From positions 592,904 to 656,903 of the forward strand of contig CAZHRK010000001.1 in the NCBI GenBank assembly GCA_964534555.1: a stretch of DNA of 64,000 nt, read 5' to 3'. This DNA is from an uncultured Pseudomonadota bacterium (lineage in GTDB: Bacteria > Babelota > Babeliae > Babelales > RVW-14). Both the position numbers and the translations under genes were made by a program. Positions within the stretch are counted from its first letter, which is position 1. The number at the start of each line of letters is the position of its first letter. Shown here piece by piece: positions 51,485-60,033 of the stretch. The notes beneath the pieces are model-generated. The model saw only the letters and a program-made list of their open reading frames with translations, was not told the DNA's origin and did not search any database.

Positions 51485-52762
51485 ATGCAGCTTCGACGCG
51501 TTGTTATCACAGGGATAGGGCTTATTACACCTGTTGGTAACACAACTGAAGAAAACTGGCAGCGTATCTGCGCCGGTGTTTCTGGAATTAAAGCTATCCC
51601 TGCTGATTGGAACATGCCAGATGGTTTTGCTGTAAAATCAGTGGGGCTTGTTTCTGGTGAGCAAGAGTATTTAGATCGTGTGCTTGATAAAAAGCTTCAG
51701 GCGCGCACTGATAGATTTATTCACCTTGGGCTGATAGCAGGAAACCAAGCCCTTGCTGATGCCGGAATTTTAGATTCGATCAGCCAGGAGCAGCGCGGTA
51801 GAATAGGCGCTCTGATTGGTGTTGGTATTGGTGGGCTTGCGGGTATTCAAGAAACAGTGCGTACGTTTGATGCTCATGGAGCATCACGCGTCAGCCCTCT
51901 TGCGATTCCAAAACTTATTAGCAATATGGCCTCAGCCTGGCTTTGTATGCAGCATAATCTCCAGGGCCCCAATATGGCTGTTACCAGCGCTTGTGCATCG
52001 AGTACTGATGCTGTTGGGCTTGCGTTTGATATGATTCGCCTGGGGCGGGTTGACGCAATGCTTTCAGGTGGTGCCGAAGCGTGTGCGCTTCCTATGACGC
52101 TGGCAGCATTTGCGAATATGCGTGCATTGTCAACGTGGCAAGGAGCACCAGAAGGCGCTTCTCGTCCGTTTGATAAAGATAGGAGCGGCTTTGTGCTGTC
52201 TGAAGGTGGAGCTGTGCTTGTGCTTGAAGAGCTAGAGCATGCGCGCGCCCGAGGTGCACAAATATACGCAGAAGTTGTGGGATATGGTGCGACCGCAGAT
52301 GCGTATCATATGACCGCGATGCATCCAGACGCTCGAGGCGCTGAACAAGCAGTTCGTGCGGCTCTTGCAGATGCTCAGATTTCACCAGAAAAAATTGATT
52401 ATATTAATGCTCATGGCACAAGCACCCCCATGAATGATCCACTTGAGACGACGCTTATTAAAAGAGTTTTCTCAGCAAGGGCACATCCATCTGATCCTGG
52501 TCATTTGCTTGTATCGAGCACTAAATCAATGACGGGTCATATGCTTGGCGCGACAGGTGCTGCCGAGCTTGGGTATACTGCCTTAGCACTTCATAATCAG
52601 CTAGCACCACCAACGATTAATTGTCAGCAGCCAGCAGAAGGCTGTGATCTTGATTATGTTGTTGGTCAATCACGTGAGGCGCGCCTTGAGTATGCGCTTT
52701 CACAATCATTTGGGTTTGGTGGCAGCAATAGTGCTGTTGTTTTAAAACGATTTGATGAGTAA
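51485..52762 (+). CDS. fabF: 3-oxoacyl-ACP synthase II
   Basis: Active-site TSACASS, NAHGTSTP, KSMTGHMLGATG, SFGFGGSN. Confidence 0.9.
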   Translation: MQLRRVVITGIGLITPVGNTTEENWQRICAGVSGIKAIPADWNMPDGFAVKSVGLVSGEQEYLDRVLDKKLQARTDRFIHLGLIAGNQALADAGILDSISQEQRGRIGALIGVGIGGLAGIQETVRTFDAHGASRVSPLAIPKLISNMASAWLCMQHNLQGPNMAVTSACASSTDAVGLAFDMIRLGRVDAMLSGGAEACALPMTLAAFANMRALSTWQGAPEGASRPFDKDRSGFVLSEGGAVLVLEELEHARARGAQIYAEVVGYGATADAYHMTAMHPDARGAEQAVRAALADAQISPEKIDYINAHGTSTPMNDPLETTLIKRVFSARAHPSDPGHLLVSSTKSMTGHMLGATGAAELGYTALALHNQLAPPTINCQQPAEGCDLDYVVGQSREARLEYALSQSFGFGGSNSAVVLKRFDE

Positions 52763-52769
52763 ATGAAAA

Positions 52770-52800
52770 GGCCCCCGATACATCGGGGGCCTTTGATCTT
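52770..52800 (+). terminator. Intrinsic terminator after fabF
   Basis: ggcccccga-taca-tcgggggcc followed by tttgatcttt. Confidence 0.55.
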
Positions 52801-52861
52801 TAGATGCCCTTTACATCCCACATCTTCATAGTGGCTGGGTTATGCAAAGTCTTTAAAGCTG

Positions 52862-53923
52862 TTATACGATTGAAGCAGCTTCTACTGCTTGATCAATAGC
52901 TTCAATAACTGATTCAATTTTTGCTCGAAGCAAAGCTTCTTCTTCAGAGTATGAGAAGAACCATCTTGTAGTTTTTTTATACGCTGAATCAGCTTCTTTT
53001 TTCAATACATCGAGCTCTTCTTCGCCCATCGTAGCAATACGTTCAATTAACGCAACTGTATCGTCTTCGCTCATATGATTGAAGTCAACCGGCTCTCTTG
53101 CTGCGATAACAGGAGCTGGAACAACGTCTTCTACAGCAGCATCAGCAGGAGCAACAACAACGTCTTCTGGAGCAGCTGCAGGTAAATCTGCAGGAATTGC
53201 AGCAGGGGCTGTTGCTAGTTTTGCATCAGTTGCTTCAATTAATGCATCAATAAAAGCAAAATATCTATTTGTTCTAGCTGAACACAAAATGTATGTTAAG
53301 CGTCCAAATGTTCTTTTAGCTGAAAGTGCTAGATGCGCTCTAAATGCTCGCAAGTTTGCAAGTTCATCGGCTTCAGTAATATTAACATCGTTAATTGCTC
53401 TGATAATTTGATCAAGGTTGTTTATGTCAAGCGTCGTCTCTCGGTTAATTGTCAAACCAGCAGTAACACCTTCTCTACGAGCAAGTTCACGAATTACCAT
53501 CGTTTGCTCTGCGATAGCAGCATCAAGCTCTCTAACAAAATCTTGTGCTACAGTAGGTAACACAACGAACAGCGATCTGTACGTTTTTGTAACACGATCT
53601 TTGATATCGGTAATAGCAGCAATTTTTTCTACTGCTGTTCCGTCCGTGATAGCTGCAAATCTTGCGCGTGCTTCTGCTAGTTTTGCATCAAGCGCAGTAG
53701 TGATTTCTGCTTGTTTTGTTGCATGAAGTGTTGAAAAGTTAAATGCAGCGGTTGCTTGGTAAAGCACTACTTTAGAATCAAAACGGAACATGTTTTGAAC
53801 ATATTGAATAGCTGTGGTGCTTATTTGACCAGCATTTTGCCAGTCATACGCGCTAACTGATGCATATGCAAGAGCAGATACAACGAGTGCTGTTTTTAAA
53901 AGTTTTTTAACTGTAAGAACCAT
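52862..53923 (-). CDS. Secreted helical/coiled-coil ORFan with an Ala/Pro/Val/Asp-rich linker
   Basis: SD ggagggttatc. Signal KKLLKTALVVSALAYASVSA. Linker APAAIPADLPAAAPEDVVVAPADAAVEDVVPAPV. Confidence 0.6.
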   Translation of the reverse strand: MVLTVKKLLKTALVVSALAYASVSAYDWQNAGQISTTAIQYVQNMFRFDSKVVLYQATAAFNFSTLHATKQAEITTALDAKLAEARARFAAITDGTAVEKIAAITDIKDRVTKTYRSLFVVLPTVAQDFVRELDAAIAEQTMVIRELARREGVTAGLTINRETTLDINNLDQIIRAINDVNITEADELANLRAFRAHLALSAKRTFGRLTYILCSARTNRYFAFIDALIEATDAKLATAPAAIPADLPAAAPEDVVVAPADAAVEDVVPAPVIAAREPVDFNHMSEDDTVALIERIATMGEEELDVLKKEADSAYKKTTRWFFSYSEEEALLRAKIESVIEAIDQAVEAASIV

Positions 53924-54151
53924 GATAACCCTCCATTAACTTTTGGTTTTAGTTCTATAAAGATCTAGTCTAAAAATACGTCTCACGGCCTGTCTGAGCA
54001 TCTCTGCTAAAGACTTATAGTGAGCATAGATCTAGTGTAGGAGGATCATCACCCCAAAACAAAGGGGCAAAATGTGTTAAAAAGAGACCTTAAAAGCTTA
54101 AAAAGCATAGTTTTTTTATCGAATGCTGTTTTTATCACTAATTGTAATTAT

Positions 54152-55612
54152 TTAGAATGATGAACTCATTTTTACCCAAAAAGTGCATATTTCAAGGTCA
54201 GCATTTGAGCTAGGCAGCTCGTACGATACGCCCCCACCAAGGGTAATTGGTTGTAGATCTGGTAAACAAAATCGATAACAAACCCCGCCGTACAGCTTGC
54301 TCGTCATGAGTGCTGGTGTTGTAATACTGCCAAGATCAAGGTCTTGTGCCGATAAAAAGCGGCGATCTACTGTTTGTGCAACCCCGAATGGTGCTGCAGC
54401 ATTAGGTGCGTGGCTCTTAATGGCTATACCATACTGATCTGCTTTAAATTCTTTGGTCCTTACGTGCTCGGCGTCTTTCCAAAAGCCTTCATAGCCAGCA
54501 TCAATACACAGCGCGCGATACGCGTAGCTGAGCATCAGGGTGGTGTTAAACTGGCACCCTGGGCGTACGGCAAACCCCTGTGTCAGAATATTTGCAGCAG
54601 GAGTGAGCGGGCTATTTGATTTCCCTTTTTCTCCAAGCAGATAATAGTGGCTTAGTACTTTGCCTTTGATCGAAGGGCAGCGGGTTTCTGTGCTTTCAAA
54701 AAGGTAGCTAAGACGTGTTGCTGTGGCCACGTTAAGCATTCCAAATTCGCCATCATACAGGAGCATGGCGCTATCAAGTTCGGCTTGTACCCCTGGGTGC
54801 CCGCCATTCCCGATAACTGCATCAAAAAGATAGTTAGCTTGAGGTTTGCTCCCAGTTGGTATAATCACGCCTGCAGATACATACGTCTGAAAATACTCAC
54901 CCTGAGACAGTTTGTAGCCTAGGCTGACGCTCATATCGCTTATTCCTGTGTGGTCTCTGTGGCCGCTGAATTTAAGCTTTGAAAGCGCTGTTTGGCCGCT
55001 GGTTGCAGATGGCTCAATTAAGACCCTGCCTTTAAGGTAGTCTTCAATACTAAAGTTTGTGTTAGCAAGCTTTATTTTATTATCAAATTTTGCACCAATT
55101 TTTCGGCGTTGTTGCTCGATTGGTAGATGAATCTTGAAGAGTAGGCCAGGTATTGGTTTTTCAGGCTCATAAAGATACACCATGTGTACGCCATACGATT
55201 GTTGCTCAGGAGAGAGCGAAACAGTTGATTGGGCTGTTGTTGGTGGTGCAGCGATTATGCCTGTGTCGTGGAGCAACAAGCCGCCATCAACTTCTTGGTA
55301 GGCATTTGGTGAAACTGGGTCAACGCCAGTGTTCCCAACGGTATAGCTTTTTGTCCCATTCCCGATGCCAAAATAGCTTCCTTGCTCGTGGCTCTGGACT
55401 GATAAGCTGTAAAATGGGGTGAACTGGTAGTGGTGCTTTAACCCTTTTTTAGTAGGTTTAAGCGCTTGGCGAAACCACTGTTGATACTCAATTGCGAGGT
55501 TGTTTCGTGTTGGTCTTGAGCTGAGTAAGGTCATCCTGCTTTTATTTGCATGTGCTAATTGGTGTATGTTTATAACAATCAAAGCTAATAAAAGTAGGGT
55601 GCGGTGCAGCAT
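54152..55612 (-). CDS. Putative outer-membrane beta-barrel protein (porin-like)
   Basis: SD aaggag. Signal peptide. Alternating beta-strand pattern, frequent Gly/aromatic girdle residues, C-terminal ...FWVKMSSSF ending in Phe. Confidence 0.55.
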   Translation of the reverse strand: MLHRTLLLLALIVINIHQLAHANKSRMTLLSSRPTRNNLAIEYQQWFRQALKPTKKGLKHHYQFTPFYSLSVQSHEQGSYFGIGNGTKSYTVGNTGVDPVSPNAYQEVDGGLLLHDTGIIAAPPTTAQSTVSLSPEQQSYGVHMVYLYEPEKPIPGLLFKIHLPIEQQRRKIGAKFDNKIKLANTNFSIEDYLKGRVLIEPSATSGQTALSKLKFSGHRDHTGISDMSVSLGYKLSQGEYFQTYVSAGVIIPTGSKPQANYLFDAVIGNGGHPGVQAELDSAMLLYDGEFGMLNVATATRLSYLFESTETRCPSIKGKVLSHYYLLGEKGKSNSPLTPAANILTQGFAVRPGCQFNTTLMLSYAYRALCIDAGYEGFWKDAEHVRTKEFKADQYGIAIKSHAPNAAAPFGVAQTVDRRFLSAQDLDLGSITTPALMTSKLYGGVCYRFCLPDLQPITLGGGVSYELPSSNADLEICTFWVKMSSSF

Positions 55613-55689
55613 TTTTTCTCCTTAACTCCTGTAATAATGTGCGCACCAGCCTAAGCCTAAAAGCATAAAACTCTCAAGATTTTTAGAAA

Positions 55690-55720
55690 TAAAAAAGGAG
55701 CTGCAAATCGCAGCTCCTTT
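55690..55720 (-). terminator. Intrinsic terminator after the polycationic-protein gene
   Basis: aggagctgc-aaatc-gcagctcct. The - strand reads hairpin, then ttttttattt. Confidence 0.65.
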
Positions 55721-55752
55721 TGTGCAAAAAGAGTTGAGTGTGTGAGATCTTT

Positions 55753-56313
55753 TTACTCTGCATTAAGAGCAGCTGCAGCTGTTTGGCGAGCAGCGTTGTT
55801 AGGTGCTCTGCGTGTGCCAGCTGTGCGGCCTGTGTTACCTTTGCGCGTCATGCTTTCGCTACGTGTACGCTCTGTATTACCTTTAGCGCGACCACGTCCA
55901 CGTGCAGCATTTTTCTCTGCTGTTTGTTTTGTAGTTGTGCCTTTTGTAAGGTTTTTACGTGAGCCACGTGTTGTTGGAGCTACGCTAGAAGATGCAGGGC
56001 GACCACGTCCACGAGCAGAAGCTCTTCTGTTTGTACGTGATACAGCGCCTTTACCAGGCTTTCTTGCAACTTTTTTACGTCTCTTAGCATTACGCTTGTT
56101 TGCAGGTTTAGCTTTAGCAGTTTTTGCAGCTTTACCTTTTTCGTTCGCAGCTTGTCTTTGATTACGTGCACCTTTAGCTTTAGGGTTTGATGCAGCGTTT
56201 TTCTTATTGTTACCGCGAACAGGTGCCGCTTCTACGCTTGAAACTGTCATTGACAGTGCAACAAGAGCGCAGAGAATAGCACTTGTAATTTTTGAGAAAA
56301 ATCTCTTTTCCAT
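55753..56313 (-). CDS. Secreted polycationic Lys/Arg/Ala/Asn-rich low-complexity protein (186 aa)
   Basis: Strong SD aaggag 6 nt upstream. Signal MEKRFFSKITSAILCALVALSMTVSSVEA. The mature part has about 46 Lys/Arg, 5 Glu and no Asp by my count. Confidence 0.65.
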   Translation of the reverse strand: MEKRFFSKITSAILCALVALSMTVSSVEAAPVRGNNKKNAASNPKAKGARNQRQAANEKGKAAKTAKAKPANKRNAKRRKKVARKPGKGAVSRTNRRASARGRGRPASSSVAPTTRGSRKNLTKGTTTKQTAEKNAARGRGRAKGNTERTRSESMTRKGNTGRTAGTRRAPNNAARQTAAAALNAE

Positions 56314-56572
56314 GACATCTCCTTAATATTTACAGCTGTAGTCACGGCCTTCCGTGATCTTCATAACTGATCGTATCAAGTTATGTTTGGCAAAGTGAAT
56401 AGTTTTGACAAAAAGAAAAGTATTTTTATTTATGCCCAGTTTAAAAGGCTTTTTTGTTTAGCATTTAAATTTCTGTAAGAATCTGCGCTGGACCTCTGAG
56501 CTGCTTGGGTATTTTTTTGCTTTATAAAAGCATGCTTTTATTTTATGATCACCAAAAAATAGGAAAAAATCC

Positions 56573-57457
56573 ATGTATACGCTTTTATCAGTTGTTCAGC
56601 TCATCACAGAGATGATTCCCATTAGTAGTGCCATTCATGTTACCCTTGCAATGCTTCTTGCGCAGGCAGCAGGAATTGATTGTGCCCCTTTGCCGCATGA
56701 TTACGATGAGCTCCTTCATCTTTCACCTTTACTTATTATTGCTTGGTATTTTGCATCAAGCTGGATTCCTCTTGCGTGTGGCTTTTTAACACATGCTTTT
56801 GTCCGGCCTACGTCCCACAGCCGCTATTTGCAGCGCTGGATTGGGTGGCATCTTATTACGCTTACCCTTGTGTCAGGGGCAGTAACGGGTACGAGCTATC
56901 TTCTGAAAAAAGTTTTTTTCTCTGCCTCAAGTCGTGCTGATTGGGCTTTGGTTATGGGTTTGTCATTAACAAGTTTAATGCTTCTGATGCACTATGAGCA
57001 CCGCTGGAAGACGTACGGCGTTTGGCTTGTTAACCTTGTTAAGCGCCCAACAACAGGCTTGTTTGGCGTGCGTGGCTACAATCCCGTGGCGCTTGGGTTA
57101 CTTCTTGGTGCTGCGCAGGGCCTTGGGCTGCTTGTCGGTTCATCACGATTTGCGGGAACAGTGACTATAGCGCTCTTGTGCGGATTAAAGCCGCGGCGCG
57201 CGCTTGCCGCAAGCTGGATGGTGTTTGCGCCGTTGATGCTAGGATCTGTTTTGCTGCATGGTATTCCTTGGCTTTTTGCCGGTGGATGGGCTCTTATCGT
57301 AACGCCGTATCATCTTGGTGCGCTGCTTGTGTCGTGGGTAATTGCAGGATTTATTTTCACTCAGGTTGCCCGCATGCTGTATGCACATTTGTGGTGGCTT
57401 CTTGGTGTATACCTCTTTGTTCCAATCACGATGCTTATTGGTTTTATGCTCTACTGA
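56573..57457 (+). CDS. uppP: Undecaprenyl-diphosphate phosphatase (BacA/UppP)
   Basis: ITEMIPISSAIHV (the E-x-x-P-x-SS-x-H motif) and VGSSRFAGTVT (equivalent to PGxSRSGxT). Polytopic. Confidence 0.7.
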   Translation: MYTLLSVVQLITEMIPISSAIHVTLAMLLAQAAGIDCAPLPHDYDELLHLSPLLIIAWYFASSWIPLACGFLTHAFVRPTSHSRYLQRWIGWHLITLTLVSGAVTGTSYLLKKVFFSASSRADWALVMGLSLTSLMLLMHYEHRWKTYGVWLVNLVKRPTTGLFGVRGYNPVALGLLLGAAQGLGLLVGSSRFAGTVTIALLCGLKPRRALAASWMVFAPLMLGSVLLHGIPWLFAGGWALIVTPYHLGALLVSWVIAGFIFTQVARMLYAHLWWLLGVYLFVPITMLIGFMLY

Positions 57458-57521
57458 TCTAAATACTCCACCTGGTTTGTTTGGTTATGTTACCTTAAAG
57501 CCAAACAAAAGAGGGGGATCT

Positions 57522-59852
57522 ATGTTTTACAAACGTCAGAAGAAAAAAGATCGTTCTGATCAGTTTTTACTCCAGCGTGAGCTGGCTGTGCTTGTTGCTG
57601 GTGCAACGGGTTTTTTTACGCTTTTTGCGCTGATTTCTTACAATCGTTTTGATGCAACATTTTTTTATTATGCAACTAATCAAGATGGAATAACAAACTG
57701 GTGCGGCGCGCTTGGAGCAAATGTCGCTGCAGCACTTGTGTATTTGTTTGGTGCTGGGGCGTACTTAATTGTGCCGTTATTAGTCCTCCCGATTATTGCA
57801 AGCTTCATTCGTATGAGCGGCAAGCAGCTCGCGTATCGCATGGTTGCAGGGTGCTTTGTTGTTCTGCAAGCAGTAACGATTATGAGTTTTCACGGGGTGG
57901 ATTGGATGTCATCAATGCCTGGTGGCATGATCGGATGGATAGCTCGCCAGCGCGTTGTCATGCTGCTTGGTGATGTGGGTGCTGCGCTTTGGCTTTGGGT
58001 GAGCGTTTGGATTGCTCTTGTTATTGGTCTTAAAATCCCGTTACTTCCTTTTGTGGTAAAAGCAGCAGGTCAGCTCCGCCAGCTACTTAAAAAATCAGCT
58101 GCGCGCATCCCTTCGATTACGCCAGCGCGTCTTTTTTCTGCGCGTAAAGAGGTTGTTGTCGCCCAGCAGGAATCATTAATGGCAGACGAAGGGCCAGTAC
58201 ATCAAAATGTCTCATACACCGAAGACTTTCAGTCAGTTGCACCTGTAGAAAATGTTTTGCTTGATCGACAAGCGTTACAGCTGCATGAACTGCGCAGAGA
58301 GGCTGATTCTCACATTGTGTTACGCTGGAGGTTGTTTCGTTTGCGCAATACTGTGCTTGCGCGCAATATGTTTTCAGGGAGCCCGAGCTTGTACGATAAG
58401 CTTATGGCAGTGCCGACCGTAGCTCAATTTATGCTGCCAGAGGCAGATTTATTTAATCAGCCGTCAGGCAAAAGCCACGAAGAGCAGCATCGAGCTGATG
58501 CGCAAGCTAAGGCAGATAAAGTTGTTGAAAAGCTTGAGCGCTTTGGGCTTAAAGGATCGATTGTTGATATCAAGCCAGGTCCAGTTGTGACCATGTATGA
58601 GTATAAGCCTGAGATTGATAGCAAAATCAGTAAGATTATGGCCCTTGAGGATGATCTTGCGATGGCGCTTACGGCAACAAGTCTGCGTATTATTGCACCG
58701 ATTCCTGGTAAAAGTGCTGTTGGATTTGAGATCGCTAATCGTGAGCGTGATGAGGTTTTGTTTTCACAGCTTCTTACGTGCGATCAATTTGCTAGCTCAA
58801 AAGCTCGACTCCCTATGATTCTTGGTGTTGATGCTTCGGGTGCTCCTGTTATTGAAGATATGGCCAGCATGCCGCACCTTTTGGTTGGTGGATCAACTGG
58901 TTCTGGTAAATCTGTTGGACTTAACGTAATGCTCGTAAGCCTTTTGTGTAAGCGAACACCAGACGAGCTAAAACTTATTTTGATTGACCCAAAGCGTCTA
59001 GAGTTCACACCGTATGCACATATTCCTCATTTACTCTTCCCTATTGTGACGCAGCCACAAAAAGCAAGCGGCGTGCTGCAATGGGTTGTGCATGAGATGG
59101 AAGAGCGTTACACGGCAATGGCTGCAGAGGGCGTGCGAAACGTACAAGAATATCGTAAGCTTTCGCCAAAGAAGGCAGATGGATCTATGCGCCGCGATAT
59201 GCCGTACCTTGTGGTAATTATTGATGAACTTGCAGACCTTATGATGGTTGCCGGTAAAGACGTTGAAATGCATATCGTGCGAATAGCTCAAATGGCTCGA
59301 GCAGCAGGAATTCATATGATTGTTGCGACCCAGCGTCCATCTGTTGATGTTGTAACAGGTCTTATCAAAGTAAACTTCCCAAGCCGCGTTGCATTTAGAG
59401 TTTCATCAAAAATAGATTCACGAACGATTCTTGATGCACCTGGAGCCGAAAAGCTGCTTGGTAGGGGGGATGGTCTTTTTATTCATGGTTCATCGCCTGA
59501 TATGAAGCGCATTCATTGCCCATATGTATCGGATCAAGAAGTTGAATCTGTTGCAGAGTTTCTTAGAAAACAACGTGCAGTAAATTATATTCCTCTACAA
59601 GACGCAATTAGTCAGGCTCAGGTTTCATCACAGCCAGAGTATGAAGATGATCTGTACCAGCAGATTAGGGACTATGTTCGCACGCAAGACGAGATTTCGA
59701 TTTCTCTTTTGCAGCGTCAGTACAGAATTGGCTTTAACCGATCTGCACGCCTGATAGAAAAACTAGAGCTTGATGGTGTTGTTGCTCCTGCGCAGGGTAG
59801 TAAGCCGCGCAGAGTTATTAAACCAACTCAAGAATCACAACCTCGTGCATAA
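57522..59852 (+). CDS. ftsK: DNA translocase FtsK
   Basis: SD agaggggga. N-terminal TM domain, linker, motor domain with Walker A GGSTGSGKSV, Walker B VVIIDELADL, and a gamma winged-helix (SISLLQRQYRIGFNRSARLIEKLE). Confidence 0.9.
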   Translation: MFYKRQKKKDRSDQFLLQRELAVLVAGATGFFTLFALISYNRFDATFFYYATNQDGITNWCGALGANVAAALVYLFGAGAYLIVPLLVLPIIASFIRMSGKQLAYRMVAGCFVVLQAVTIMSFHGVDWMSSMPGGMIGWIARQRVVMLLGDVGAALWLWVSVWIALVIGLKIPLLPFVVKAAGQLRQLLKKSAARIPSITPARLFSARKEVVVAQQESLMADEGPVHQNVSYTEDFQSVAPVENVLLDRQALQLHELRREADSHIVLRWRLFRLRNTVLARNMFSGSPSLYDKLMAVPTVAQFMLPEADLFNQPSGKSHEEQHRADAQAKADKVVEKLERFGLKGSIVDIKPGPVVTMYEYKPEIDSKISKIMALEDDLAMALTATSLRIIAPIPGKSAVGFEIANRERDEVLFSQLLTCDQFASSKARLPMILGVDASGAPVIEDMASMPHLLVGGSTGSGKSVGLNVMLVSLLCKRTPDELKLILIDPKRLEFTPYAHIPHLLFPIVTQPQKASGVLQWVVHEMEERYTAMAAEGVRNVQEYRKLSPKKADGSMRRDMPYLVVIIDELADLMMVAGKDVEMHIVRIAQMARAAGIHMIVATQRPSVDVVTGLIKVNFPSRVAFRVSSKIDSRTILDAPGAEKLLGRGDGLFIHGSSPDMKRIHCPYVSDQEVESVAEFLRKQRAVNYIPLQDAISQAQVSSQPEYEDDLYQQIRDYVRTQDEISISLLQRQYRIGFNRSARLIEKLELDGVVAPAQGSKPRRVIKPTQESQPRA

Positions 59853-60033
59853 TCATAAGGGGGCAACTCAGCCCCCCTTAATTAATGCTCTTAGCGCGCT
59901 TAAACCCGCGATCTTTTTGCCATAAGTTCAAGCATCGCTCGAGGTTTCTTGCTTGACAAAAAATCCATCCCAAGTAAGTTTTGCCCATAATTTATTATGG
60001 AGTGTATCGTCTTTGCGTAAAGGTAGGCCTTCT

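Noticed and set aside
53983-53991. A shared 9-mer, tcacggcct, upstream of two - strand secreted-protein genes (also at 56343-56351).
   Set aside because: It is too short, occurs only twice and lies at different distances from the ATG. This cannot be separated from chance without genome-wide statistics.
55738-56161. Two + strand ORFs (74 and 139 aa, Cys/Ala/Arg-rich) antisense to the polycationic protein gene.
   Set aside because: These are mirror-frame artefacts of a GC-rich low-complexity gene. Only the - strand ORF has a strong SD, a signal peptide and a terminator.
57342-57521. N-terminal extensions of track ORFs: ftsK (57342), the ankyrin gene (40236), tatD (13091), fabD (49206), fabG (50367), acpP (51209), murF (59953), HU (13019) and dnaE (40279).
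   Set aside because: The extensions overlap the preceding gene or lack an RBS. In each case an internal ATG with a good SD coincides with the conserved N-terminus of the family.
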